Part shown: in pieces, positions 24,101 through 35,600 of the stretch
Numbering within the stretch: position 1 is the stretch's first letter
Layout: every line of letters starts with the position of its first letter
From: Bilabrum cf. latius
Lineage: Eukaryota
NCBI GenBank assembly: GCA_965178125.1
Contig: OZ237736.1
Span: 744,001-808,000 of the forward strand
DNA length: 64,000 nucleotides
Direction of reading: 5' to 3'
Program-made: the position numbers and the translations under genes
Notes under the pieces: generated by a model
Database searches by the model: none
Told to the model about the DNA's origin: nothing
What the model saw: only the letters and a program-made list of their open reading frames with translations

Positions 24101-27028
24101 CACCTCGCCCGCTGTGCTCCCGACACCGCCGGCATCGCCCGCCACCCGGCTGTGCACCTGCCTGCTCAGCTCTTGCGCAGACTTTGACAGCAGCCGGAGC
24201 GGTTGCCCCGAAAGCGAGGTATCGATCTTGACGCGAGCGCACGGCAACGCCTTGGCTAGGAATCCGCGCGGAGCAGATGCAGCTGCTTCGGTTGGAGCGG
24301 CTGCGCTGGCGTCCTCCGACTTGCTCTCCCCGGTTCCAGCACCGTCCATAGCCCCTCGCAAGGCATCCACGTCCTCCCTGCAAACGTGCACGCCTACAAC
24401 AGGCGCCCCTGCCTTGCCCCTGCCTGCTGTGCCCAGGTTGATGTCGGCCTCGGTGAGCGCTTCGCTCCTGTGGGCCCTGTCCTAGCAGACGAACTGCACT
24501 TCATTCGAGGTGTCTCGCACGAGGCCATTCCGCTCCGCCCCTGTGGTGGAAGCAGGGAGGTCTGGCTGAGATACGACGTGTTCGAACGTGTCGAGGTTGT
24601 GCGCAGTGGCACCGCCGTGCAGAGCCAGTGCTCGGTAGAGCCGCATCGTCAGGCGAGCCGGCAGCATGGCGTCCTCTGTGTCGGGATTGGATACCCAGTC
24701 GTGGTCCAGATCCACGACTGTCTGCCCCGAGCTCATGCCCAACTCCTCTGCCAGTCGATGCAGGGCCCCTCTGCTGGGTAGCGCAGCTCGGCCCGCCTCG
24801 CCCACGCCTTCAGCCCCTTCCGCATCCGAGCTGTCGGCCTCTGCTGAATCAGAGTCTTCCTCCACAACGGCAGGCGGCAGCAGCCTCCTCTGTCCGTCCC
24901 GGTCCGACTCAAGAGCCGACGGGTCGGCCAGCCCTTGCACCACCAGGGCCTTCAGACCAGTCCACGTGGCCGCCCGGCGGAGCGCCTTGCGCCTCCTTCG
25001 CCTGTCTCGGGAGAGCACCACGTCGCTGAGAGGGATGCCGCTGGTGCTGGGCACCTCATCAACGGATAAGGGCCACATGCTGCGAAGCGCACGGAATGCA
25101 GCCGCCTCTGCTCCATCAGAAGCACCGCCACGCCCCTGGGAAGCAGAGCCGGTTAGCTTCAGCATCCGACTGAGCGTGCCGGTCCACCTCTCCCAGCGGT
25201 GTCGAGCAGAGGGCAGCATGTTCCTTGGGTCTCCTAGTGGCGGAGGCGGCCCTGGAGGCGCAAAGACCTTGCCGTCGACGGACGTGGCTCGAGCCAGCAT
25301 GGCGGGATGCATGCCAACAATAAGCTGGCCTACCTTGGCTATGACATTGATGAAGCCTTGGACGGGAGGCAGAGTAGGGACAGACGTGCCTGCCCACTCG
25401 AGGGGCTGGCACAGACTCATGGCCGCTAGTGCGACATCGATGAAGACTGTCAGGTCCCGGCCCACCAGAAGAACAACTTTCTCCTACAGGATGGCATTGA
25501 GCAGCCGCAGGATGTTCCGGGGGGAGAGCCGAGACAGAAGCGGCTCCCAGTTGACGTCGACGAGGGGGAGCGCTGCAGTGCGCGCAACGACCGAGCCTGC
25601 GCGGGCGTCTTCGTCGGTCGGATACGCCAGAGTAACCCGACCCACCTGTGCCTTGCTGCTGTGCTGGCCAGTCGGTGTGAGACCCTCACTGCTCCCTGCC
25701 GATGCATGGCCGGGCGATCCTGCACCTGCTGCCTAGGACCCTGCTGCTGCTGCTGCTTCTTCTTTCTACGGTGACGATGCCGCGGAACGCGACAAAGACA
25801 CGCTGCCATCCGCACCGCTTTCGCCCCTCGCGCGCGCCCCTCGGAGTAGAGACACGTCGTGCAGCCTCGCGAGATCGAGGTCGTACCCAGCGTACGGAGA
25901 TCCGGGCGCGGGTTCGAACCCCGGTGCGGGGTTGCCCACCGTGTAGGCAGCCGCGGCACCCCTAGCATCTGCAGCGGCATCATCGCCAGGGGAGTCGCGC
26001 ATGAGGACTTCTTTGACAGCAGCAGCACCGTTATCAAGGAGTGGCCCCAGAGCTGCCCACCGGCTCAGGTGGATGGTTCGCGCGCGGCCACCGCCCGCCT
26101 TGCTCACCGTCGTAAACACGCACGACTCCACCGGCACCATCAGGCGCTCTGCACGCTCCTAGTCGCGCTTCCCGAAGCCTGATGGGAGCCTGGGTGGGGT
26201 GAGGATGGCGCGCATGGCCACTGTGACGTCTGCGAAGATGGCTCCAGCGAGGGCGGGGCAGACGATCGGGACCCACCGACCAGCTGCCTTTGCCGAGATC
26301 GCCACCCGCTGTCTCCTCGCGACCGCGGCTGCCATAACAGCGCGTGCAAATTCAAGCAATGGAACGTTTATTACAACGCAAGCCGACACGGGCTCAAAGG
26401 CGGGGGTGCTCATCAGGAACTTCACCTGAGCATCGTCTTGCTGGATCTCCTGCGCCACTTCCTGAACAGCGTATCCGTTCCCGAGCTGTTTTGCCCCACT
26501 CTCTACTGCCATAGGCAAAAATCCGGCCTGCATGCGCAGGATTTGCCTCCGTGCGCGCTTCTCGATGCGTCTCCATTCCGTCACACACAGCCCAAACAGA
26601 GGGGTCCCATCGCCCGAGGTATGCGCGAATGCGTGATACGCGACATCGCCCGGGGGTACAGCAGGTTCTTGAGATACGTGTGCTCCAGACGGGAATGGAA
26701 AGCCAACGCTACCTACGGAGGCCGCCTGTACCCAGTATTCATCGGATCGCTCCGCTTCGGTAGGCGTCGTCGCAGACGGGACAGGATAGGCTTGCAGAAG
26801 CACCGCGTCAGTTCCTCTGCAAACAAGTGGAAGTTCTGCGAGACGTGTGATGATTTATCTTTGAACGGGCTACCTTGGCAATGTTTGGGTACCCGACACT
26901 CTACGCTGTTTGGGCACCCGATGGCATCACGGTGGCTAGTGAGCAAACTTACCAGATCCCGATCCAGTACGTAGCTTTTTTATGCCATAAAGAGCGGCAA
27001 ATGCAACACCAGATCGCTTCAGATCCAT
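21122..27028 (-). CDS. DENN-domain (Rab GEF-like) protein with C-terminal split PH domain
   Basis: uDENN-like AFAHTSGDGTPLFGLCV; DENN-like LLSRLSPRNILRLLNAIL*EKVVL...PLEWAGTSVPTLP; PH-like FEGELY...YVRLVGNVLVWY. Fifteen in-frame TAGs; ends GMF*RKG-TGA. First exon (27028-26953) and its acceptor near 26815 are tentative. Confidence 0.78.
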
Positions 27029-27317
27029 ACCAGTTGAAATGTTCTTGGTGCAGCCAAGACTGATTTACAAGATGAAACTGCACGGAACTTTGATGACTCG
27101 GGCGGCGCCGAGCCCCGGCGGACGTGTGCCCTTTCAAAGGGGCTTTAGGACCGGTGCACGCTAGTGCCGTGACAAAACCTTCATATTCATCGTCCGGCCT
27201 AGACCAGGGTGGCAGAGAGCCCCAGTTCTACTCTTCGAAGTTGCGCTCCGCCGGCTGCGATGATTTGCTCTCATTCTCAATTTCAATATGAACGACGGAC
27301 ACAAATAGAGCTCAGGT

Positions 27318-29078
27318 ATGGAGGCATCTGGCAGAGCGGTTGTTCGCACAATAACATGTTTTTGCGGCTTACAAGGCGCTGATGGCGACGAAGATCTCAT
27401 CCGCTCGGCCTCGCGCGTTGCACTCGCAGTCGGTGCAAAGCTAGCTAGAGATGGTTTTATAGTTCAAACTTGCAGAGTGGCCACGAATCCATGGGAGCAG
27501 TACACAGGTGCCAGATCAGTCATTCCATAGATCACAGCGCTAAGCGCTTTCGTGCAGGATGAAGCGCAGAGGGCAAGCTGGCCACATGATTCGGACAGAC
27601 CCCCCTTGCTATTCTCAATTGGCCCAGCCACGTCTGCAGCCGGGGTAGAGCAGCTGTAGGATATACTTGTACAATGCCCTGAAGTAACATCATCTGCCGC
27701 TATTCCGACTGAGCCCGCGTCGCTGTCCCCAGACCCCGGTACGGCCATGTGGCCACTACCGTCCAGCAAGCATGCCACTGCTGCAGCGGCGCTTGTGAAA
27801 AAGCTAGCGGGCGTACGTGACGGTAGCTTGAACTTCAACTTTGCAGCTTCTTTCAATGTTCCTCAATGGGTTCCATTCTTTCCCGTGGCGAAGCATGGGA
27901 GCGCCGACGGTAAATTAGCAATTGGTGTTGGGCTTCAGCTGGTCGGCGTCCTAGCCAACAGTGCAAAGTGCCATGCAGAAGCGCTTAAGGCTTCTGGCAT
28001 TGCAGGGGAAACGGACAGCGTGCTTCTGGGTCCACAGGAAGCGTCAATCGCTACCCTTAACAAGATCCGAGCAGATCTTGGTGCAGCTGTGCTCGAGGTG
28101 CAGCGCACTGTGCTGCGGGAACTTGCAGCATGCACACCAGCCGCAGCAGACGCAGCTGTTCTGGAGAGCGACGCGGCACCGCGGGGCGGTGGAGCTGGCG
28201 CTGAGGGCGAGCACGAAGCAAGTGCTTCGGAGCGCACGATTGCGAAGGAGATGCCAGCGCCAGGACCACCGCTACCTGTACAGGCGGGGCCGGGGCCGGC
28301 TGCGTTGCCACGAACGAGTTCTACGAGGGAGGAGGAAGGGGCAGACGAGCAGGCTGCTAGTGGTGAGGGAAAGGTCGGCGCGAGCGCGCCAGTGGTGTCC
28401 AGTGTCCCCTGCCAATACGTCGGCGTGGACACGTCCTTGGCCCCCGCGCCTGATGCTCCGAGCATCGGTAGCATCTTCGAGTCGCTGGGGGTACCTAGCG
28501 TGTTTGGTGCGGGGAGCGTGGCTGCTTCTAGCATCATCACGTGGATGCTCCGAAGCCTGCCTCCCGAGATCAAAACCACGGGGTACTGCGGGCTCATGTT
28601 GCCACCCTTGGAAGACTCTTCCTTGGCGGCCTGGACAGAGGGGCCAGGTGCAGGGCATGCAGGTGCAGGTGCAGGCGCAGGTGCAGGTGCAGGTGCAGGT
28701 GCAGGTGCAGGTGCAGGTGCAGGTGCAGGTGCAGGTGCAGGTGCAGGTGCAGGTGCAGAGGATGAGAAGACAAGCGCACGGGTGGCTGCTTCGTCTGCGG
28801 GAATGCTCGCTCAAAGGACCCCCCCACAGCTGCATTCGCTGCTGCTGTGCTCGTCCGTCTGCGGTATCGGGCTGGACACAGTTCCAGTCCCAGGGACGGC
28901 AACTGAGGAATCAATCGCGCGTCTGTTGATGGATGTCGGCGCACTCAGCTCCCGGCTAGGTGGGAAACCTCTTTCGTGCAGGCTCTTCCCAGTCCCGGGG
29001 ACGTCGAAGGCCGGGGACGCCGCGGCGTTTCCCGGCAATCCCTACCTGTGTGATGGGTCCACCCTTCCGCTCACATGA
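27318..29078 (+). CDS. DUF711/UPF0210-family protein
   Basis: VRTIT, VQTCRVATNP, FNFAASFN..PFFP, GYCGLMLPPLED, SSVCGIGLDTVPVPG, KPLSCRLFPVPG, NPYL. TAGs at 27528 and 27657; ends TGA. Confidence 0.82.
28659..28757 (+). repeat. (GCAGGT)x16.5 coding microsatellite (Ala-Gly run)
   Basis: Directly visible, with one GCAGGC variant. Confidence 0.97.
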
Positions 29079-29395
29079 ACAGACAGCATAATGCGAATGC
29101 ACGGTGGGATGCATTGTTGGAAGTCAAACTGCTCCATAGGCTTACGGAGCCAACGTCAGCATCGAGCCAGACTCGCGAGAAAAGGTGCACGCTACAACTT
29201 CCTAGCATGCGCATAAACTCGAAACGGCATATTGGTAGCCTGTACACCGCGGCATTTTGGCGTGCATACTGTGGAATCATAACTTACTGATTAAAGAGAG
29301 TGAATTCGAGGCACATTACTACATTTAGCCTCTGGAGCACCGGTTTCGGCGGTCTACGGTGCAATTCAGAGCTGCCCGTCGTCTAATTCAGGGAC

Positions 29396-31985
29396 ATGTC
29401 TGCCTCTGATTCGACACGTTCGGGTCGTAGTTTGTAGGTTGATGGACTAACAAGAGACTAGGCCCTCCATCTTGCTTACTAGTACGGGCTGAGGAAGCAG
29501 TACCCCGAGGTGAGTCGTTTCGGGGCTCGCAGAACACACGTCTGTCGACCTATCCAAGTCATTCAATGTCCTGCCAGTTGTCTGCCTTGCGGTATGCGGT
29601 ATTCAAACTTTCATGTCTACCGCTTGGGATTCCATTTGTTGCATCCTGTCGGCCAGTTGCGCCCGTGGTCCTTGCATCGCCCTTGCAGGCGCTGAAGGTT
29701 TTGAAGCGAACAATAAGAGCTGGCAACCAGAAATGCCCCAGATGTTGGGCAGATCTTGCTTTTGCATGGGTTGCTGCAAAAGGTGATGCATAGATGGCGT
29801 ACGAGGCGGTCAAGAGGGCGATGACTGTGCAGCCGGGCGCCGAGTACAGGCCTCCAAGCGTTGTGACGTCTGAGGATGCCTCCGTTTGGCCGCCAGCAGA
29901 TAAAGCCAGGGGAAAGGTGAGAAATGCATGACAATTTTCAAGTATGCCTACTTTAGTATCCAACTGCTGTCTGGCTCCCTCCAAATGGCTGTCCAGTCAC
30001 ATAATTCGCCTTTCTACGCTTTGTCGGTCGCTTCTGTCGTTCGTTGCAGCATCACGGAAGGTCAGATCCGCTCATTTGGTTCGTAATGGCAAAAACGTAC
30101 ATTATATCGGAGGATCCAGCCGAAAGGGTGGAAAAATCGCTGCTGTAGAGTCTGCGATGTTCCAAGCAGTTCAGGCGCGCAGAAGTTCTGCACCTCCTCG
30201 CGGGGCAATATCGCAAGCAAGGAAAGCTGGTGAAATGCGTGAAGGTGAGATAAGTATTCGTACTCCAACGACATTGTTTGCATGCAGGCACAATTAAAGA
30301 GATTTGACTGATTTGACATTCTGTGCAAGCTGGACTCGGGCAACTGTGATTTCCCGGTACCACCACGTTACGCGCCTCAAACGTGCCGTGATTATCGCCA
30401 TTATCATTTTGGTTGCGCAGACAATAGATTTGATCGCTCATGAAGGCGTGCCGCCTCCGAACATGAGCGTGTCAGACGTGTTCTTCGAGCTGGGCAGCCA
30501 GCTAATTGACATGTCTATGCACGAGCACGCGACTGATGCCCTGCGAAAAGCAACAGAACTGGATTCATCTCATGCTCAGGCTTCGAAGCTCATGGCCTGG
30601 TTGCTCCTCTAGCGGGCTGAGTCCTTGCAATCGGAGGCCGGAAAGGCCGCCACCCGGGCGATCGAAGCAGGTGAGCTGGGTTGGACGTTTGCGGCACCGC
30701 ACATGCGCTGCATGAGGTCTCGCGCAGACGCCCATGTTGGTTTTTGACTTCTTATCTCTTTTGTCGCAGATGAGGCGGATTCTGGTGCCCAATATCTCTT
30801 GGGGCGGGTGGCAAGTGCTCAGAACAATCCGAGCAAGTCCTTCCAGGCCTACAAGGCAGCTATGTGAGTGTCTCAACGGTGGGTTGCCGTTTATCCATGC
30901 CCCAATACACGTTTTGGTTGCGTTGCCTTATACATGATCCTTACCGCAGAGAGCTCGACGCGGCAAATTGGAAAGCCTGGGCGTCGCTCGGAGTGCTGTA
31001 CCACCGGCTGAACCTGACACTGCAGGCCCTGGAGGTGTACCGCACGGCCATCAAGTTCAACAGCAAGCGCGTTGAAATCTGGGTTAACCTTGCTTCAGCG
31101 TAGCACGCACTCGGTCGGTACGATGAGGCGCTGGCCACGCTCAAGAAGGCGATGGCACAGTTTCCAACCGCGCACGCGAAGATCACCAAGGCTGCCGACG
31201 CCATCCGAAGCCTTGGCCGGACAACCCCCCCAGACCGTCGACACCTTGATGTGCCGTTGCCTCCTGGCGTGGAACCCGTAGCGTCGATAGCACCGGGCTC
31301 CAGGAGCGGGAAAGCGGGCAGGCAGGCACGGGGTGGCACGGGCACCGGCCCGGGGGGTGCTGGACAAGTTGCACTTGCCTGGGGTTCGAGCCAAGCACCG
31401 TCTGCTGCCCTTGAGATGTCGGGTGGGGACCGTCCAAAGGGCAGTGGGCCATCATTGCCCGGTTCAGGCCAGGCAGGGGGAATCATTTCCCTGCGGTCTG
31501 ACGGCATCAGCGGACGAGGGCGGAGTGCTGCTGGTTCCACGGCGGGCGGGGCACCGATGGAATCAGGCGAAATCGCAGCGGATACTCCCCGGACCAGCAC
31601 CGTGGGAATTGACGAAGAACCTCTCGAGTCGAGCGTGCGTGACTCGATGATGTCGGTGCATGAGCGGAGCAGCTGCAGCACTGCGAGCAACGTGGGCTAC
31701 GGCTCGATCGCCAGCATGCACTCCACACGGGGAAGGGAGGGCAAGGCGAGCTGGCCGGAAGGCACTGCCTACAACGATGGGGAGGGTTGGACAGTGCAGG
31801 CACCCGCGGGCGTGCCCGGCGCTGGCGCTGGCGCACGGTCAGAGTCAGCTACATCTGCGCCTGCGCCTGGTGGAGGAATCATCCGCGGCAAGGGGAAGGG
31901 CGGCGCGGGCGCGGCGAGCAGCTCCCAAGCCCAAGCAAAGATGCTCGACACTGAGAGCATGGAGTCGTCAGAGTCGTCCAGTTGA
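29396..31985 (+). CDS. Cyc8/Ssn6-like TPR protein, 6 exons (introns 29510-29688, 29917-30049, 30245-30420, 30671-30769, 30864-30949)
   Basis: All five GTGAG...GCAG introns keep phase. TPR motifs DPLIWFVMAKTY, DVFFELGSQL, AQYLLGRV, AWASLGVLYHRLN..QALEVYRTAIKFN...EIWVNLA resemble Cyc8/UTX TPRs. Seven TAGs; ends TGA. Confidence 0.8.
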
Positions 31986-32184
31986 GTCGGAATTATTGAG
32001 TCATGGCGGGCTTGTCTCGGGCTGAGGCTGATCCTTTGGATCGCGATTCGCGACACTGTTCGGACGAACCGGGCCACGCATGAGCGAGGGTCTCTGTTGC
32101 CCATTTGCGTGGATTGTAGGCGCATACAAGGTACAATATCTTTTCTGTGGCCTTGCTCACGGCGTTTTTCGTAGCTTTGCAAGG

Positions 32185-32596
32185 ACGCCAAACCCTATTC
32201 GGCGATAGGATGAGAGACTTTAGTGTGAGCAACGAATCTGATAAATACAAGTACCAGGAGAGCGATTATGATGCCAAAGTACACGCGCATCCCAGTCTAT
32301 TTATCAATCAAACGTGCAAAGACCGGACAACTTGGAAGATGTGCATGGGCTCGACCCTTTGACCGGTCTGACCAGGGCCGGGAAGAGCACATGCACCAAC
32401 CTGCCAAGGAGCAGGGGGTAAGGAGAGCGAATTTACACAATCTCCGCCCGTCTCCTGAGCACCGAGAGGGTGTACGCGTCACATATAAGCAATCTGGATC
32501 GGTCGCACCCACAGGTTGCGACCGCCAGTAGACTCCTGCGAGATATGCCAGCGCTCCCAATCTGAAGTCAACACCGAACCCTATTCGGTGGTAGGA
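32185..32596. repeat. Two copies (32185-32210 and 32571-32596) of a 26-bp palindromic motif
   Basis: ACGCCAAACCCTATTCGGCGATAGGA versus ACACCGAACCCTATTCGGTGGTAGGA, 22/26 identical. Confidence 0.85.
32341..32546. ncRNA. Candidate structured non-coding RNA, family not recognised
   Basis: Clustered stems: GTGCATG/CATGCAC (32341-32396) with inner GCTC/GAGC and CGACCCT/AGGGCCG; CCTGC/GCAGG (32400-32415); CTGG..CGGTCGCA/TGCGACCG-CCAG (32494-32528). No convincing protein. Confidence 0.35.
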
Positions 32597-32660
32597 CTAA
32601 CACATATTCCTAGAATCCTCCTCACATGCAATCCCGGACCCATAGGAAGCTGAAGGCAGC

Positions 32661-35600
32661 TTACTTCCCGTCTCCATCAACCTTCGCATCGCCCTCCTGC
32701 GGCTTGATCGTATCCCCCAGCTCTGCCTTGCTGGTCTTGCGTAAGGAAGTGAGCAGCCTGCTGCTTGCCCTGCGCCCACCCTTTCCCCCTGACCCCTGCG
32801 GCGCGAACGATCGCCTTGCTCCCCCGCCTAAGGCGTGCAGTGGATTTCCGGCCATAACTCCAGAGCTGCCCCTTGCCCCTCCCAGGCTGGCAGCAATGGA
32901 CGCGCGGCGATCAGCGACGCTGAGACTGGCTGCAGCAGCCCCCCCGGCGCTGCCGTCCGAACGAGCGAGGTCCCGCTTCAGCGACTCGATCTGCTCCTTC
33001 ATCTCGCCAAACCGGCCGGCAAAGTCCTCCAGCTGGGGCCGTAGGCGGTTCCAAGTCTCACCATCCATGGTTTTAAGGCCCGTGATTTCCTTGATCTGGC
33101 CCACAAGCGCCTGGCCTCCTGCCTCCGAGTTGCGACCCTGTTGGGAGGAAAAGGCAGGGTTGCTCTGATGCTGCATGCCACTTGTATCGATCTCTACCTC
33201 CTCTACTACGCCAGGTGCACCAGGAGCAGATGAGCCGCCCATCTTGCTCTTTTTCTTGGCCGCCTTCTGGATTAGGGCAGCCTTGCGGTCCTGAGCGTCA
33301 GTGACTAGCACGTAGACCTCGGTGAAGAGCACTGTGAAGTAGTACACCATGGACACGATGATGACTAGCATCAGCAGGATGGTCAGAGCGTCCCGCTGGC
33401 CCTCGGCGCCCTCCTGGTCCAGCCTACCCGACTCGAGCATGATGCCGCCCAGCGTCACCATGATAGCGCAGAACAGCAGAAGCGTCTCAACTGTGTTCCA
33501 GTTCATCAACGAGTTGCCAAGCACCCCAATGCTCGTGCCCAGCCCGCCAATGGCAGTCTGCTTTGCCTGTCCGCCACCGGCGGAAGCGCTCAGCATAGTG
33601 GTACCGAACCTTCGTTTGTCCCTCTTGTCGAGGGAGGTGATCACCTCCTGGATCTTGAACCACAGCTCGCCGTGCACGTCTCGCGAGGTCACGGCCCGGC
33701 CGGCAGAGTCACGGATCACAGAGCCGGCGGCGCTCGAACTGGCCGCCCCGGCCTGGCCGCTCCTCGTCTTGGCGGCCTGCTCGATGTCCTTGACCGCCAA
33801 ACGGTTGGGGGTGCGCGCGTCCTTTGCGCTAGAGTCCAGTGCGCTCTGGGCCCAGCTAGTGATAACCTCGGCGTAGTCGGCTGGTGGCATGTACGGGTTG
33901 AAGCGCACCTGGGCCGTGTAGCACAGGAACAGCACCATGTTCACGGCAGCCATCTGGAAGGACGCGTTGGTGTTGAAGAACAGCGAGCAAAAGGCAATGA
34001 GGGCCTTGCGCGCCAGAATCGTCACGATCCACCAGTAGTACTCGGGCTTGAAGTAATAGTATAGACGCTGGAAGCGCTGCCTGAACTGGCACGCATCCTG
34101 CACCTCCTTGGGCCAGTCGATGTTGATGTCGTTGCCCTTGCCGATCGACCTCATCAGCTGGTCCAGCAGCATGGTCTTGCGGCTCGTAACCAGCATGAAG
34201 CCCACCCACGCGGGGAAACCGATCGTGTACACGCCCAGCGCGATGATGGCAAAAGGAAGGAGGGTCAGCTGCACGCCGCCCTTCTTGCCGCACGGCTCAA
34301 ACACGGCCTGCATGTATAGCTGGCCGTCAGGTGGACTGGTGGGGATGCAGTTGAACACGTCCAGGATAGACCGCGTGGTGACAAGGTAGAGGAAGAGCGA
34401 CAGCACGATGGCACCTGCCACGAGGGGCGCCAGCTCATCTTTCTTCTTGTTCTTGGGCTGCTTGCAGCGGCCGCTCTTGGCACACACGTAGATCATGCCC
34501 AACACGTACATGAGCACTACCATGATCATGGCGGCCACGGGCAGCAAAATGATAAAGAACCACTTGGTCATGTACTGCAATTCTGGGATTGAGCATTCCG
34601 GGGCCGTGATCTCAAGGTTGAGGTTGAAGGCGGACAGGATGTGGAACATGTCCTTGAGCAACTAGGGCCACTGTACGCGGGCATTGGCGAAGATGGCCAG
34701 CACCTGAAAGTAGTCCACGCCGATGGCAATCAGCGCAATGTTGATCTTGGACTGGTTCAGCCAGAATCCGAAGCCGCACGCCCCGACGGCCACCACGGCA
34801 AATGCAATGACGAGGATCCAAGGGTTGTCGGGGCACTTGGCGCACTCACCCGCACGCCGGTAGAAGCCATCTGCGCAGCTGCTGCACCTGTACATGGGCG
34901 CCTTACTAGCGTATCCCACGGCGCAGAAGTTGTCGCCCACGCAGGCCCACTGCGGCTCGCAGGCCACCACACACACATCTCTGGTTGGCACCTGCCTCCT
35001 CGCGGGGCACTCAGCGTCGGTCCTGTTGCCGCTCAGGCTGTCGGACGAGTTGAGGTTGTAGAAGCCCTACTGGGGGCGAGGAGGGGTGCTCTTGCGTATG
35101 TCAGTGTCGTAGCCCTGGCAGTCGGCGCCCTCGGGGCATGGCAGACAGTGCTCCCCCTCGAGGCCGAACTGCCCAGGAGCGCACACAAAGTGCACGCCGC
35201 TGACACCCGCGCGTGCCTGGAGCTGCCCCTACTGTCCTGCGATGTTGAGTGTCACGTTCTTGTACCCCACGGTCAGTGCCTCGATCTCGCACTCGACCTA
35301 CGTGGAGGCAGGATCCTCGTTCGGATCGTCAGTGACTGCCTGCCGGCCACGGGACGTCTCCAAGCAGGTGACGCCTCCGATGCGGGCCTCTACGACCCGC
35401 TCAGCCTCGCTCCAGTTCTGCCTGATGGCAAGGTTCGGGTTACCAAAGTTCCTGCCGAAGAGGTAGACCATCTTGGTAGGACCCTGCAGCGCCTCCCGTT
35501 GCTGCATCGTGGTGGCTTCGTCGCGCAGAGCGACCAGGGCGTCTCCCCATGCCATTCCTCCCGAGTTGATGTACTCGGATAGAGGCTTGTTGGACTCCTG

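Noticed and set aside
29559-29984. Minus-strand 141-aa ORF
   Set aside because: Antisense to exons and introns of the better-supported TPR gene.
32190-32425. Telomerase RNA template (AACCCTAT, or CCTTACCC on the minus strand)
   Set aside because: Does not match a TTAGGG or TTTAGGG template, and the telomere repeat of this organism is unknown.
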